Below, one piece after another: positions 44,922 through 57,200 of a stretch of DNA of 64,000 nt. The translations under genes and the position numbers were made by a program. The stretch spans positions 3,680,001 to 3,744,000 of the forward strand of contig OZ001293.3 in NCBI GenBank assembly GCA_963921275.4. The letters run 5' to 3'. Under the pieces are notes generated by a model. That model did no database searches. It was given only the letters and a program-made list of their open reading frames with translations, and was not told the origin of the DNA. Origin of the DNA: an uncultured Hormoscilla sp. GTDB lineage: Bacteria; Cyanobacteriota; Cyanobacteriia; Cyanobacteriales; Desertifilaceae. How positions within the stretch are numbered: position 1 is the first letter of the stretch; every line of letters starts with the position of its first letter.

Positions 44922-45781
44922 GGTAGTGATAAATATGTAGTGATAGAACATTCCAATTAATCCTTACTTTTCTTAGGAATGATATAACAGCTCTTTATAT
45001 TAGCAAAATTGATAGCAATGATAAGATATTCTCATGTATAGCTCATCAGAAAAATGCTCTTATGTTATTAGTCAAAAGCGAGTATAGACTTATGAACACA
45101 TCATCATCTTTAGGGTCGCGACCCAATTGCCCTTATTGTAATTGTGAGCGAACAGTAAAAAATGGTAGTACTCATAATAAAAAGCAAAAATATGTAAAAA
45201 ATCGGCAATAAATTGAAAACCCGACAGCAAGTATCGTCCGAAAAGAAAAAGAATATAGATGAGCTATTACTTGAAAGAATATCTTTGGCAGGTATTGCGC
45301 GTCGAGTAAAGCTTTCACAAACCTGGCAAGTATGTTAATAAAAAATCTGCCGTGAGATAAAGGTTTCAGACAAGCCCAAAGGAAAATTGACTATTGAATG
45401 TGATGAAATGTGGTCTTGGGAATAAAGAAAAAAAACATTGGCACTTGATACAAAAACAAGAGAAATTGTAGGATTTGAGCGATCGCAGTCGTGAATCAGC
45501 AAAAAAATTGTGGAAATATTTACCTTCTGTTTATCGACGCGGTTTTTTACTTTTTGGGAAGCATATAACAATACCGAAAAAGCGTTACTATTGCGGTAGG
45601 TAAAGAAACTGGAAAAACTAATCATATTGAAAGGTTAAACAACGAGGCAAAGAATTAGTCGCTTGGTTCGGAAAACATTATCATTCTCTAAGAAGAAAAT
45701 CACGCGATTTGGTATTTTGTGCATGATTACAACAAATGCTTGTCGGGTTAGTTGTGCCATCACTACATGTTTATCACTACT
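44922..45781 (+). mobile_element. IS1-family element (second type), degraded
   Basis: Ends GTAGTGATAAATATGTAGTG / CACTACATGTTTATCACTAC; IECDEMWS, GKETGKTNHIER. Confidence 0.75.
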
Positions 45782-46993
45782 CAGAACCCAAAGGCAACTG
45801 CTCTTGTTCAAAATTGGAATAAGCCACATGCTGACGGTGCTTTTGGAAATATGCTTGTACTTGCGTAAGTATATTCATTGATTCGTCTTTCAAAGTCAAA
45901 GTATTTACCAGTCGAGTCAACTCCATTAGCACTTGGGTATGTTTGCCATGACCCAGGAGATGTCGCCAGGGTTCAAAGCAAACCTGAGTCGCTTCGGAGT
46001 CACGCCCCAACCAAGCAGTTGCCCCTCGCCACAGATGACCAGCCCCATGGTAAAAGTCGAGAATACCGATCGCGCAGTGAGCAAAGCACTCTCGCGCTTA
46101 GTCGCCAAAAGCCTACTCCACCGTCCGCCATACCAGCTTCGGTGCTTGATCAAGTCCTTGATGCAAGGACTCCCAAAGCAATCGGGGTTTTAAAGTATCG
46201 ATCTCTCCTAACACTGCTACTAATCGTCCTTGGCACAGACGGCTATAAAGCTTGCCTGTAGCGGTTTTGAGGAATTTTAAACGCGCTATTACCGCCAATG
46301 AGCACTTCCTGCCATCTAGTTTTGCCTTTGGCTGTACCTATGTGAGGAGGAAATGGTACCATCACACCATCGGCACTCAACACCATCATCAAGCTCTGAA
46401 ACTCTTCACTCATGGGTTCCTTTGGCACTTCCTCCCCTGCTGCCATCGCTGTCAGACGCTCTTCCCACATAAGTTTTGCTTGTTGACCTGCCTGTTGTAC
46501 CCAATTCCACAGACTGCTGTCGCTAATGTGAACTCCCGTGAGTTCCTCCAGCAACTGCCTGGCCAATTCATAAGGCACAAAAACACTCAACAGACTCCCT
46601 AGTCGTTTGACTTCCCAGGAGGTTTGCTGGTAAGGGGCGATTCCCAGTTGTGCATCCGACGGTACCTGCTGACTCCCGAAACAACCTTTCCGACATCGCA
46701 GCACTCGCCGTTTCCATTGCACCACTCAAGGGCAGGGTGTGGATTTGACGGCTAACTTTCCCTTTACTGTGCAAGGGACTTCCACAGTGAGAACACAATT
46801 GATTCTCCCCTCCGAGACTACCTCGCTGTTCTAGCTCTGCTTTCAGCAATTGCTTGCCCAGATACCAAGCCATCTGTAACACAGCAATTACCAACTCCCT
46901 TAAGCTTTGGGCAGTATCTATGGCCTTTGAGAGTTTTTCCCATTGCTCTGACACTGGTAAACTCGCTTCGATTGCAGCTATGATAGAGTTCAT
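45782..46993 (-). pseudogene. ISKra4-like transposase pseudogene
   Basis: CSHCG zinc ribbon, LSADGVMVPF, LSDGG, LPLGS fragments. Confidence 0.7.
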
Positions 46994-47226
46994 AAGTTTT
47001 TCAACAAGCTGAGCACTTCCAAGTGCTCTTTTTTTCGGTCTGCTTCTATACTAACCTAAGTTGCGACCTATTAAAAAAAATATGAATTACCCACTTAGAC
47101 TTTACAGATATTTGGGATATTTCGTAGCTTTTGATACAAAATTATATTTTTTTTGTGCTACACGGCGGGTTGGCTGTTTATAGGTTATAATGTACTAAAA
47201 TAATAGTTAATTGCTGGGGGATGTAG

Positions 47227-48051
47227 ATGATGAAAGATATGATTACAACAATTTTTGTTCTTTGTGACGAGCTACTAAAAGCGTTAAATATAAAAGAAGA
47301 TCCACAAGTAAAAATGAACAATGCCGAAGTGATGACAGTCGGATTAGTTGCTGCATATTTTTTCGGAGGACACCACGATCGCTCTTGTCAATTTATGGTC
47401 CAACACAAGTATATAAAAAATCTGTTAAGTAAAAGTAGGTTCAATCGTCGATTACACAATATTGAGGAACCAATTTGGATGTTTTTCTTCCAAGTTATAG
47501 CTCAAACATTTAAAGAGCTCAATCCGGGTCAAGAATATATTCTTGATAGTTTCCCGGTGCCAGTATGTGATAATATTAGGATTGATAGATGCCAAATTTA
47601 TAACAAGGAAGAATATCGAGGGTATATTGCCAGTAAAAAACGTTATTTTTATGGATTAAGAGTTCATATGTTGGTAAACAAAAATGGAAAGCCAATAGAA
47701 TTTTATCTAGATCCTGGTAGTTATAATGATTTTAAAGTTTTGCAATCTTTTGGCTTTGACTTACCATCAAATTCAATAGTTTATGGAGATAAAGCTTATA
47801 ATAATTATCAATTAGAGGATTTACTAAAAGAGTCGTCAAGTATAATGTTAAAACCTTTGCGAAAAAAGAACTCAAAAAGAAAAGAATCTTCTTGTTTTGA
47901 ATATATACAAAAAGTAACAAGAAAACAAGTTGAAACCTGTTTTAGTCGAATCACCAATTTGTTTCCCAAGTCAATTCATGCTGTTACATCTAAGGGATTA
48001 GAGTTGAAAATAATTCTCTTTATCATAGCTTTTTGTATCCAATTTTTATAG
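47227..48051 (+). CDS. IS982-family transposase, apparently intact (element ~47054-48065)
   Basis: 274-aa ORF with LDSFPVPVC, YFYGLRVH, GDKAY, RKQVET; ends ACCTAAGTTGCGACCTA / TAGGTCGCAACTTGAGT. Confidence 0.88.
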   Translation: MMKDMITTIFVLCDELLKALNIKEDPQVKMNNAEVMTVGLVAAYFFGGHHDRSCQFMVQHKYIKNLLSKSRFNRRLHNIEEPIWMFFFQVIAQTFKELNPGQEYILDSFPVPVCDNIRIDRCQIYNKEEYRGYIASKKRYFYGLRVHMLVNKNGKPIEFYLDPGSYNDFKVLQSFGFDLPSNSIVYGDKAYNNYQLEDLLKESSSIMLKPLRKKNSKRKESSCFEYIQKVTRKQVETCFSRITNLFPKSIHAVTSKGLELKIILFIIAFCIQFL

Positions 48052-48130
48052 GTCGCAACTTGAGTTATACTACATCATTGCTCCCCCAACCGCTGGATTC
48101 GCCCCATCGGAGCGTATTTAACTTCCTCGT

Positions 48131-48285
48131 CGATGTCTCCTGTGTGCCGTTCCCGTAGCGTGGCGCAGCCATGTCCCCTGGGACAAGAGCAAGGAGCAGA
48201 GATATCTCCGATGTCTCCTGTGTGCCGTTCCCGTAGCGTGGCGCAGCCATGTCCCCTGGGACAAGAGCAAGGAACAGAGATATCG
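48131..48285. repeat. 78-bp tandem duplication of a composite repeat
   Basis: Unit CGATGTCTCCTGTGTGCCG...CGTAGCGTGGCGCAGCCATGTCCCCTGGGACAAGAG...GAGATATC; related copy at 58140-58219. Confidence 0.85.
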
Positions 48286-48664
48286 AAAACCTGCTGGCCG
48301 GGTTGGTGGCCTACACCTACACTGATAAAAAGCCCAGCCTCGATCTCGAGGTCAAAGGCTTGCCAGCACTGCCTCCTGCCATTTTCTAGTTTCGTCGAAC
48401 TCACGTTAACTCGTGAAGAGCTGGAATTTCTGCAACAAATCTCAAAAAAACAACATGAACCATCAATAGAAATGGATAAAAAGTTTCTCTGGTGAGCAGA
48501 CTCATTCCATTTTACAGCAAGTGTCTGCTGTCATCCAAAACCCTGTTTTTTGTCACAACCGGGTTTTGGGATGGTCATAATTTAGCTATCGATATCATTT
48601 GACGCATCGATGATATCGGTCTCTTTGGGCTGAAGCAAGGACTGGATATAATTATTACGTTAAT

Positions 48665-49600
48665 GTGCGATTCGTTCAGGCGTAAACTGGCGACGGTGAA
48701 GTCTGGTCTGGTTTCATTTGCCGGATAACTCTGATTATCATGGGGGTTAAATTCCCTCTCCCCAGGTGTGGGGGGTCGAGGGTACTACCGGTCCTTAGTG
48801 CTGCGGAGTCACATCGCCGTGGTGCTCCGCTAGGACTTAAATGTAGGATAGCTAGCAGCCTAAGCTAGTGACACCGCGCTTGTTAGATGCTCATGGTTAG
48901 AACAAGCGAACCTGTGAAAGCCTCGTTAATAAGAACCAGCGGAATAAGGCTTATACGCTGGCCCAAAAGGGAAATGGCAGTTAGTGTTGGTAGTATTTGC
49001 TTACCAGCATCGCACTCGAAGAACTCCCGGGGTATAGCAGGAACCTAAAAGCATCGAGAAATGATACCAGGGAACGAAGTACCTCACGTGAGCTGTCCCC
49101 ATTTGGACCAGTTAGATGTAAAGCGCAAGCCGCGAAGAGGAAGGATGTTCTAAGAAGCCAACGCCTGGGGTAATGCCTGGGATATGCAGACGTAGGACGG
49201 ATATGGTAAGAAGCCTTTGGTGAAAGTAGCCCTAACACGTCGCAAAACTTAGGAGAAATCCAAAAGTATGAATATGGACTAGAGTCTCAGCCGGGTAAAG
49301 TTCAGAGCCCCGATAAATTGCCAGAATGGGGAAATGTTAGAGAAGAGCGGCTAGAATGGTTTGCTGAACTACCCTCCGCGATCGCGCAGCGTGCGCGCAG
49401 CGCATACCTTCCGGAGCTGAAATCATTAACGGTCCAATAGGATTGACCATAAGGGGTAAAATTACAGAGGGTAAGGGGAATACGGGGTGACCTAATTATT
49501 GATGATGATATGCCTAAGGACAAGCCCCAGCGGTGAAAGTCGCAAGTCCGGTTCCGCTCTTGGAGGGTTGGGGAGTGATTCCCAGCTCGACCCCGACCAT
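48665..49600 (+). mobile_element. ORF-less group II intron with degenerate DV
   Basis: 5' GTGCGATTCGTTC; strong similarity to the 32226 copy; 3' GCGGTGAAAGTCGCAAGTCCGGTTC...GCTCGACCCCGACCAT. Confidence 0.8.
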
Positions 49601-49765
49601 TAATGACGCAAGAGGCGATCGCTCGCTCTTGAGGTTGCCTATTAAAAACAGGCGATCGCATTGTCTTGTCTCACCCGATCGAGGGACACAGCCATTTAAT
49701 CGGATTCACGATCCAAGTCCTCCTCAAAACTGTAAGAAAGGGCAGTCTCATCATCTAAGACCACT

Positions 49766-52700
49766 TTATTTTGCTGCCCCAACTCCGCCAGATATATCGG
49801 AGTAATCAGCAGCACTGTCGTAGTCATCCCGCGAGTTACTATCGGACGCCCCATCTTCAGAAGCATTGAAGCCAGTACCGGCGGGAATCAAGCGTCCGAT
49901 GATCACATTTTCCTTGAGGCCCCGCAACCAGTCAGACTTACCTTCGATCGCGGCCTCAGTCAGCACCCGGGTGGTCTCCTGGAAGCTTGCAGCTGAGATA
50001 AAGCTATCTGTATTCAGAGATGCTTTGGTAATTCCCAGAAGCACGGGGGTGTAAATTGCTGGTGCTCCTCCGGTAATGGACAGGGCATCATTAACCTGTT
50101 GCACTTCGTAGATCTCGACTAGCTCCCCTGGCAGCATTGTGGTGTCACCGCCATCATCAACACGACCTTTAGATGTCATTTGCCGCACGATCACTTCTAT
50201 GTGCTTGTCAGAAATGTCAATCTCCTGAGACTGGTAGACTGACTGCACTGCATTCACTAGAAAGATCTGCACTTCCTGTAATGCTGCTAAGGCTGCTTCA
50301 TCAACTGTGCGCGGGTTATGATTATTGCCCGATGTGCGAGGGACAGTGCTTCTAGCGCTCGCCAGAGATATCGAAGCTGACTGCTCGCCACCATCGGTGT
50401 TCCCACTAGCTATTTCTCGGTAGAGATTAAAGTAGACTTCCAAGATCTGGTGGGGATTAGACGGGCCATCAGAGAGCGGTTGCCCTGCTTTGATTTGCTG
50501 TCCATCAATTACTATTGCACTTTGACCTGGCCCTAGGGTATACTCGGCGATCGCTCCATCCGATTCGATCACTTTAACTGCAACGGTTTCATCTTCTTGA
50601 TAGATCACCTGAGCTGTTCCCGGTCTTGTGGCCAGTACGCAAAATTCTTTGGGCTTACGGGCCTCCAGCAGTTCTTCGATCCGTGGTAACCCCTGGATAA
50701 TATCTCCGGTCTTCGAGCGATCAAAGACGAGCAGCACCAAATTATCACCTCGCTGCACCAGGTCTCGATCTTCTATGTGGAGTATTGCTCCGGCCGAAAC
50801 CCGGTAAGGACGGGCTATGCGCAATATAACTAGAGTCCCGGACTCTGACGAGGAGACTTGGAGCACTTGACCTGATTCTGGCAAAAATACTCCCGGCGCT
50901 ATCTCGGTGCCATCTAGCAGAAAATCTCCTGCTTTCACTTCTACTAATAGGTTGGGTAAGTCGGCAATGACAAGCTTGTCAAGGTCGCGCAAGACCAGGA
51001 GTCGGCGACCCGCAGAGGATCCTTCTCGAATGCCTTGAACTATGCCTGCTTCTTTGCACTGAATCTCTGTCTTGGCTACTACTTCACCGGGGGCAATCTG
51101 TTGGCCATCGCTTACTAGTATGCGGGTATGGGAACTTCCTTGAGTCGGGTCTGCTGCTACATCACGACGGATGACTAGAGATTCTAGTATGACTAGCTGC
51201 AACCGCATGATTTCGCTCGTGGTCTCGTCTGTTACCAGTTCTATATCTGCTTCCAGGTTTCCCGATGTGGCGCTCCTATGTGAGATGAGAATTTCTTTGT
51301 TTATATAAAGCACTAGCTGGGTGCGCAACAATTCTAAGCCGGAAACTGATTTGACTCTTTCTCCGTCTTTGTATGGCAACCGCTGCACTGTCCGGAGCTG
51401 TATTAAGCCGCCATTATCTTGAGATGATTCCTGAGATGGCACAAGGGGTGTGTCTGGAACTGTATATTCTATTGCTGGTCGGAGCCGCAGGGCTGGTCCG
51501 AGCGGGGTGTCTAGGTATTCTACATAGCGTAAAGAAGCTCCCATGAAAACATCTGTTGGCGATGCCTGAGGGGTTTTTGCGAAGCATCCCGATTTTTCAG
51601 GCATCGAAGGTCCATTTGGCGCGACGGCGCCACTCACAAGGGGGACCGTCTGAGCTGTCGCAAGCTGTTGGTCTTTTGTCGATGGATCCTCACTGCTTTC
51701 TACTTCCATGAGAGCAAGGTCGAGGTTCAGGTTCAACTCCCGCGCAGGAGCTCTGCTTGCTTCGGACAGTCCTAATGAGGCAATGTTGGACCGATCGATC
51801 AATGTCCCCTCTTTTGGGATTTCTGTGGAATTGGTGATTAAATGCAATGAGCCGGGTTTGATGGAGATCTCGCGGAGGATGTCATTTTTCTCGATTACCT
51901 GGACGCAACCGCTGCTGGTGCAGAAGATGTCTTTGACTATTTCCGTGCCTGCTTCTACATATTGACCATCTTCGACTAGGCGCACTGAGCTATCTTTATT
52001 CACTTCATATGTTTCTTCTGGGAGCCACAGTAAGGTTCCACCTTTGGTGACTTCATATCCCTGTTTTGCTTTGCTCCGCTTTGCTTCGACTCCTGCATAT
52101 TTGATCGTACCGCCTGTGGTTGTGCGATAGCCCTCATCTAGCAGTTCTGCCACTACTTGACCATTGCTGACTTGCGTGCCGGGTGTGGCGACCAGAGAAA
52201 ATTTCTGACCCTCTGCGGTGGTGATGATATACTGCTCTTTGCCTTGGTCTTTGCTGATGGATACTCCAGCTCGATCTAGCAGTACGCTGGCGGTAATGAT
52301 TTCTATTTCCCGTCCCGCTTCTTCTGTGCCTATTGCCTCTGGGAGTCTGACTATGCCTCCATGTTCTGTGCGGGTACTGGTTTGGGCGATGACTGAACCC
52401 CGCGAGATGCGATCGCCATTTTGCACTACTGGTTCTGCTCCCGGGGGCAGGTTGTATACCTCTCCTGAAAGAATCCAGATTAAACCTCCCACTCTGGCGA
52501 CGCGTGTTGTGTTTCCTTGCCGATCGCGCTTTTCTTCTGGTATTATGTCGGTGAATATTGCTTCCCCGGATATATCACTGGCTACATCTTTGGTGGCTTT
52601 TTCTGTACTGATTTTGGACATTGCGCCTGTCGGTGGCACTTCGGCGATTCTCTGACCTGCTGTTATTCTATCCCCATCTTTTACCAGTATTATTGCTCCC

Positions 52701-53971
52701 TGGGGAATCTGGATCTGATAGTATGACTGTTTTTTTTGTTTTACAGTTATCTGGCTACTGGATGTATCCGAAAAAGCTCCATTTTCTTGAACCACTCTTA
52801 CCACTTCATCTTCCACCATCAATGACAGATTAGCATTTGCCGATTCCACTCGCATTACTTCTTTCTCTTGGCGAGTGCGCAGAGCACCATATTGGATTGT
52901 GCCGTTGCAAGGTGCTAATATTTCTCTTGCTGCTCCTGAGAATACTCCTCCTGTGTGGAATGTTCGCATTGTCAACTGTGTCCCTGGCTCACCGATTGAC
53001 TGGGCTGCGATTATTCCTACTGCTTCCCCTAGGTCTACCATGTCGCAGTGTGCTAAACTCCATCCATAGCATTTTTGACATACTGAGCGTTTTGATTCGC
53101 ATGTTAGAGGCGATCGCACGTACACTTCTTGGACTCCCGCTTTTTGAATATGAAGTGCCAATTCATCACTTATGTCCTGATTCTTTGACGCGATCGTTTT
53201 CCCTGTCTTTGGATGAATGACTGGTGCGGCTAGGACTCTTCCCAGCAGGCGGTCTTTGAGGGTAATTAATTCCCGATCGCCTTCTTTCATGCTGCTCAAA
53301 GGTATTCCCCTGGTTGTTAAGCAGTCTTCATCCCGGATGATTACGTCCTGAGACACATCTACTAAACGCCTGGTCAGATAACCTGAATCTGCTGTTCTCA
53401 GTGCGGTGTCCACTAATCCCTTGCGAGCTCCGTAGGATGAGATGATATATTCTGTGACTGTTAATCCTTCCCGGAAGTTTGTCTTTATTGGTAAATCTAT
53501 GATTTCTCCTTGCGGATCTGCCATTAGCCCCCGCATTCCCACTAGCTGCCGCACTTGGGATATATTTCCCCTGGCTCCTGAAAATGCCATCATGTACACG
53601 GAGTTGAGCGGGTTATTTGAACGCAGGTAACGCACGACTTCATCTTTGAGCGCTTCTGATGTACTATTCCAAGTATCGATTACTTTTTGAAACCGCTCTA
53701 CTTCGGTTATTTCTCCCCGACTATAACGTGCTTCTGTCGCGCGAATCATTTCTTCTGCTGCCCCAAGCAACTGCTGCTTTGATGGGGGCACTTGTAAATC
53801 CTCTACGCTAATTGATACTCCGGCTTTGGTTGCATAGCGAAATCCTAAGTCTTTCAGCTTATCTGCCATTAGGGAGCATTTAGCAGGACCATATTTCGTG
53901 AATGCCCATGATATCAGTTTCTTCAGCTGACCTTTGTCTATTACCCGATTTCTAAAGATCATTTTTTTCAT
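49766..53971 (-). CDS. rpoC2: RNA polymerase RpoC2 subunit with lineage-specific insertions
   Basis: [65 protein letters not shown]. Confidence 0.97.
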   Translation of the reverse strand: MKKMIFRNRVIDKGQLKKLISWAFTKYGPAKCSLMADKLKDLGFRYATKAGVSISVEDLQVPPSKQQLLGAAEEMIRATEARYSRGEITEVERFQKVIDTWNSTSEALKDEVVRYLRSNNPLNSVYMMAFSGARGNISQVRQLVGMRGLMADPQGEIIDLPIKTNFREGLTVTEYIISSYGARKGLVDTALRTADSGYLTRRLVDVSQDVIIRDEDCLTTRGIPLSSMKEGDRELITLKDRLLGRVLAAPVIHPKTGKTIASKNQDISDELALHIQKAGVQEVYVRSPLTCESKRSVCQKCYGWSLAHCDMVDLGEAVGIIAAQSIGEPGTQLTMRTFHTGGVFSGAAREILAPCNGTIQYGALRTRQEKEVMRVESANANLSLMVEDEVVRVVQENGAFSDTSSSQITVKQKKQSYYQIQIPQGAIILVKDGDRITAGQRIAEVPPTGAMSKISTEKATKDVASDISGEAIFTDIIPEEKRDRQGNTTRVARVGGLIWILSGEVYNLPPGAEPVVQNGDRISRGSVIAQTSTRTEHGGIVRLPEAIGTEEAGREIEIITASVLLDRAGVSISKDQGKEQYIITTAEGQKFSLVATPGTQVSNGQVVAELLDEGYRTTTGGTIKYAGVEAKRSKAKQGYEVTKGGTLLWLPEETYEVNKDSSVRLVEDGQYVEAGTEIVKDIFCTSSGCVQVIEKNDILREISIKPGSLHLITNSTEIPKEGTLIDRSNIASLGLSEASRAPARELNLNLDLALMEVESSEDPSTKDQQLATAQTVPLVSGAVAPNGPSMPEKSGCFAKTPQASPTDVFMGASLRYVEYLDTPLGPALRLRPAIEYTVPDTPLVPSQESSQDNGGLIQLRTVQRLPYKDGERVKSVSGLELLRTQLVLYINKEILISHRSATSGNLEADIELVTDETTSEIMRLQLVILESLVIRRDVAADPTQGSSHTRILVSDGQQIAPGEVVAKTEIQCKEAGIVQGIREGSSAGRRLLVLRDLDKLVIADLPNLLVEVKAGDFLLDGTEIAPGVFLPESGQVLQVSSSESGTLVILRIARPYRVSAGAILHIEDRDLVQRGDNLVLLVFDRSKTGDIIQGLPRIEELLEARKPKEFCVLATRPGTAQVIYQEDETVAVKVIESDGAIAEYTLGPGQSAIVIDGQQIKAGQPLSDGPSNPHQILEVYFNLYREIASGNTDGGEQSASISLASARSTVPRTSGNNHNPRTVDEAALAALQEVQIFLVNAVQSVYQSQEIDISDKHIEVIVRQMTSKGRVDDGGDTTMLPGELVEIYEVQQVNDALSITGGAPAIYTPVLLGITKASLNTDSFISAASFQETTRVLTEAAIEGKSDWLRGLKENVIIGRLIPAGTGFNASEDGASDSNSRDDYDSAADYSDISGGVGAAK

Positions 53972-54130
53972 TTTTCTGTTGTCAGTTGTCAGTTGTCAGC
54001 GTTTAACATTCTCTCTGCCTGGTACGTGCTCACCAAGAATCTATCGGGCTCTTTGTAGTGAGCCTGCTGTGTCTCTTGACAGAAGTGATGGGCCTGGTAC
54101 TTATAAAAATAGTACCAGCGTGAGCGTCTG

Positions 54131-54266
54131 CGATATTTCTGGGGATCTCGATGTCTCTGGATATCTAGATGTTTCCCGGGAGCGCCTTAAGCACAACTCC
54201 GGGGTAACATCGTATTCGCACTACCCCGGAGATATCGTATTCGCACGTCCTCTCTGGGGGATATCG
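54131..54266. repeat. Three-level hairpin nest between rpoB and rpoC2
   Basis: CGATATTTCT.../...GGGATATCG, CGATGTCTCTGG/CCGGAGATATCG, GATGTTTCCCGG/CCGGGGTAACATC; loop remnants TATTCGCACTA. Confidence 0.8.
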
Positions 54267-54275
54267 ACCTCTACT

Positions 54276-57200
54276 TTACTCGTAACTTTCGGACATTTCC
54301 TCTACTATTGCGCTAGCCCCACGATAAGAGCCCCGACGATTATTGCTAGTATCTGCCATCAAATCTATTTCCTTTGATGTATTTGTGCCATCGGCGTGAT
54401 TTTCTACTTTATGCACTGCTATATCCAGACACAGTGACTGCAATTCCCGCATCAGCACTTTAAAGGATTCGGGGGTTCCTGGTCTGGGTATTGCTTTGCC
54501 TTTGACGATCGCATTTAGGGCTTCATTGCGTCCTTGCATGTCGTCCGATTTTACTGTTAGCAATTCCTGCAATGTGTAGGCTCCGCCAAATGCTTCTAGG
54601 GCCCATACTTCCATTTCTCCGAACCGCTGACCGCCCTGCTGTGCTTTTCCTCCCAAAGGTTGTTGGGTGACGAGGGAATAGGGGCCTGTGGAGCGTGCGT
54701 GGATTTTATCATCTACTAAATGCACGAGCTTCAGCATATATGCTTTGCCTACGGTAACTGGTTGGTCGAATGGTTCTCCTGTCCGTCCGTCATATACCTG
54801 GATTTTGCCGGGGTTTTCCTGGTTATACAACCATTTTTTTCCGGTCTCATAGACTGCCGAGAGCAATTTTCCATGTACTGTTTCTCGGGACTTTTCTTTG
54901 CCGTGCATTTCGTCAAAGGGCAGTATCTTATAACGAGTGTCCAGGTTTTCTCCTGCCCATCCTAGCAGGCATTCAAATATCTGACCTACGTTCATCCGAG
55001 ATGGCACTCCTAATGGGTTGAGGATGATATCGAGCGGTGTCCCATCGGGCATGTAGGGCATGTCTTCTATGGGCAATATCCGAGATATTATGCCTTTGTT
55101 GCCGTGGCGACCTGCCATTTTATCGCCGATCTGGATCTTCCGCTTTTGGGCTACGTATACGCGCACGACCATGTTTGCTCCTGGTGGCAATTCGTCTCCC
55201 TGTTCTCGGGTAAAGACGCGCACGTCTACTACTCGTCCTTTTTCGCCGTTTGGCACCCGCAGGGAGTTATCCCGGACATCCCTGGCTTTTTCTCCAAATA
55301 TGGCTCTGAGCAGTTTTTCTTCGGGTGGCTGATCTGATTCTCCTTTGGGGGTTACCTTGCCGACGAGGATCTCTCCTGTTTCTACCCAGGCTCCGATCCG
55401 AATTATGCCTGTTTCGTCTAGCTGCCGGAGGGCCTCTTCTCCGACGTTGGGGATCTCGCGGGTGATTTCTTCTGGTCCTAGCTTGGTTTGACGGGCTTCG
55501 ATTTCATATTTTTCGATGTGAATGGAGGTGTACAGGTCTTCGACTACTAGCCGTTCTGATATCAGGATGGCATCTTCGTAGTTGTACCCTTCCCAGGGCA
55601 TGTAGGCTACGAGGATGTTTTGCCCTAGGGCTAGTTCTCCTTTTTCTGTAGATGAGCCGTCTGCTATTACTTGCCCTTTTACTACTTTGTCCCCGACATG
55701 CACGATCGGTTTTTGGTTCAGGCAGGTGTCTTGGTTGGAGCGATGATATTTATGCATTTCATAGGATATCTCTCGCGGAGGTATTTGGAAAATGTCTAAT
55801 TTTGTCTCGATGTCTCCCCCAGAGGGGACGTGCGAATACGATGTCTTCTCTTTTGTGCGATTAGCGCTCTGTATCTCCTGGGTGGTGCGGTTAGCGCGAG
55901 GTTTCTCCTGAGTAGTGCGAGTATGATGTCCCTCGGGTTTCGCCGTGCGTTCGGGGGACATCAAGCTCCCAGGAGATACCTCACCAGGAGATACCTCGCT
56001 CCCAGAAGACATCAAGCGACCATAGATATCGAAGCCTGTGCTTTCGCCATTAAAGAGCGATCCTGCGTCGCGAGCACCCGCAGGACCAGTAGCCAGGTGC
56101 GGCCGCTGCGCGTCGGATGAAGCCTTTTTCGGTATGCTTCTGACCCGTATTTTGGTTGCATCCACGTAGGTTACTACTCCATCTTCTTTGGATACGATCA
56201 CCATCCCCGAATCTCTGGCTGCCTGGGTTTCCATGCCAGTTCCTACTAATGGCCGTTCTGGACGCAATAGGGGAACTGCTTGTCGCTGCATGTTTGACCC
56301 CATGAGGGCCCGGTTGGCATCGTCATGTTCCAGGAAGGGGATTAAGGATGTTGCCACTGAGATGATTTGCACCGGTGATACGGAGACGTAGTCTACCTGG
56401 TCTGGGGTGGTGGTGGTGAAGTCTTGGCGATACCGTACTGGCACGATGTCGCTGGAGAGCTTGCCATTTTCGTCCACCGGTATGTCTCCTGGAGCTACCC
56501 GCAGGTCATCTTCCTCATCTGCTGTCATGAACACTGGGGGGATGTCGCGCCTGATTTGGCCATTTTCGACTCGGTAATATGGAGTTTCGATAAATCCATA
56601 TTCATTCACCCGGGCATGGGTGGCGAGGGATCCTATTAATCCGGCATTGGGACCTTCTGGGGTTTCAATCGGACATATCCGCCCATAGTGGGAAGGGTGA
56701 ATATCCCGCACGGCGAACCCTGCCCGTTCCCTGGTTAGTCCTCCTGGTCCTAGGGCGCTCAACCGCCGTTTATGGGTCAGTTCTGCTAAGGGGTTTGTCT
56801 GATCCATAAACTGGGATAGCTGGGATGAACCAAAGAATTCCTTGATCGCTGCTACTAATGGTTTGGAGTTGACTAGGGATGTGGGTGTCAATTGATCTGA
56901 GTCTAATACTATCATCCGCTCTCGGATTATCCTCTCTAACCGGTTTAATCCCACCCGCACTTGGTTTTGTAACAGTTCTCCGACCGCTCGCACTCGTCTG
57001 TTTCCCAGGTGGTCTATATCATCTATGGTGCCGATATCAAATTCCAGGTTGATCAGATAGTCTATGCTTGTCAGTATGTCCTCTTGGGTCAGCACTCGCT
57101 TCGTTTCTGACACAGAAAGGCGCAGCTTTTTGTTCAGCTTGTAGCGTCCTACTTTGCCGAGGTCGTAGCGTTTGGGGTCGAAGAAGCGGGATTCTAACAG

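Noticed and set aside
55775..56135. Intein or group I/II intron in rpoB
   Set aside because: No intein terminal motifs or splice consensus; the sequence is largely accounted for by nested repeats.
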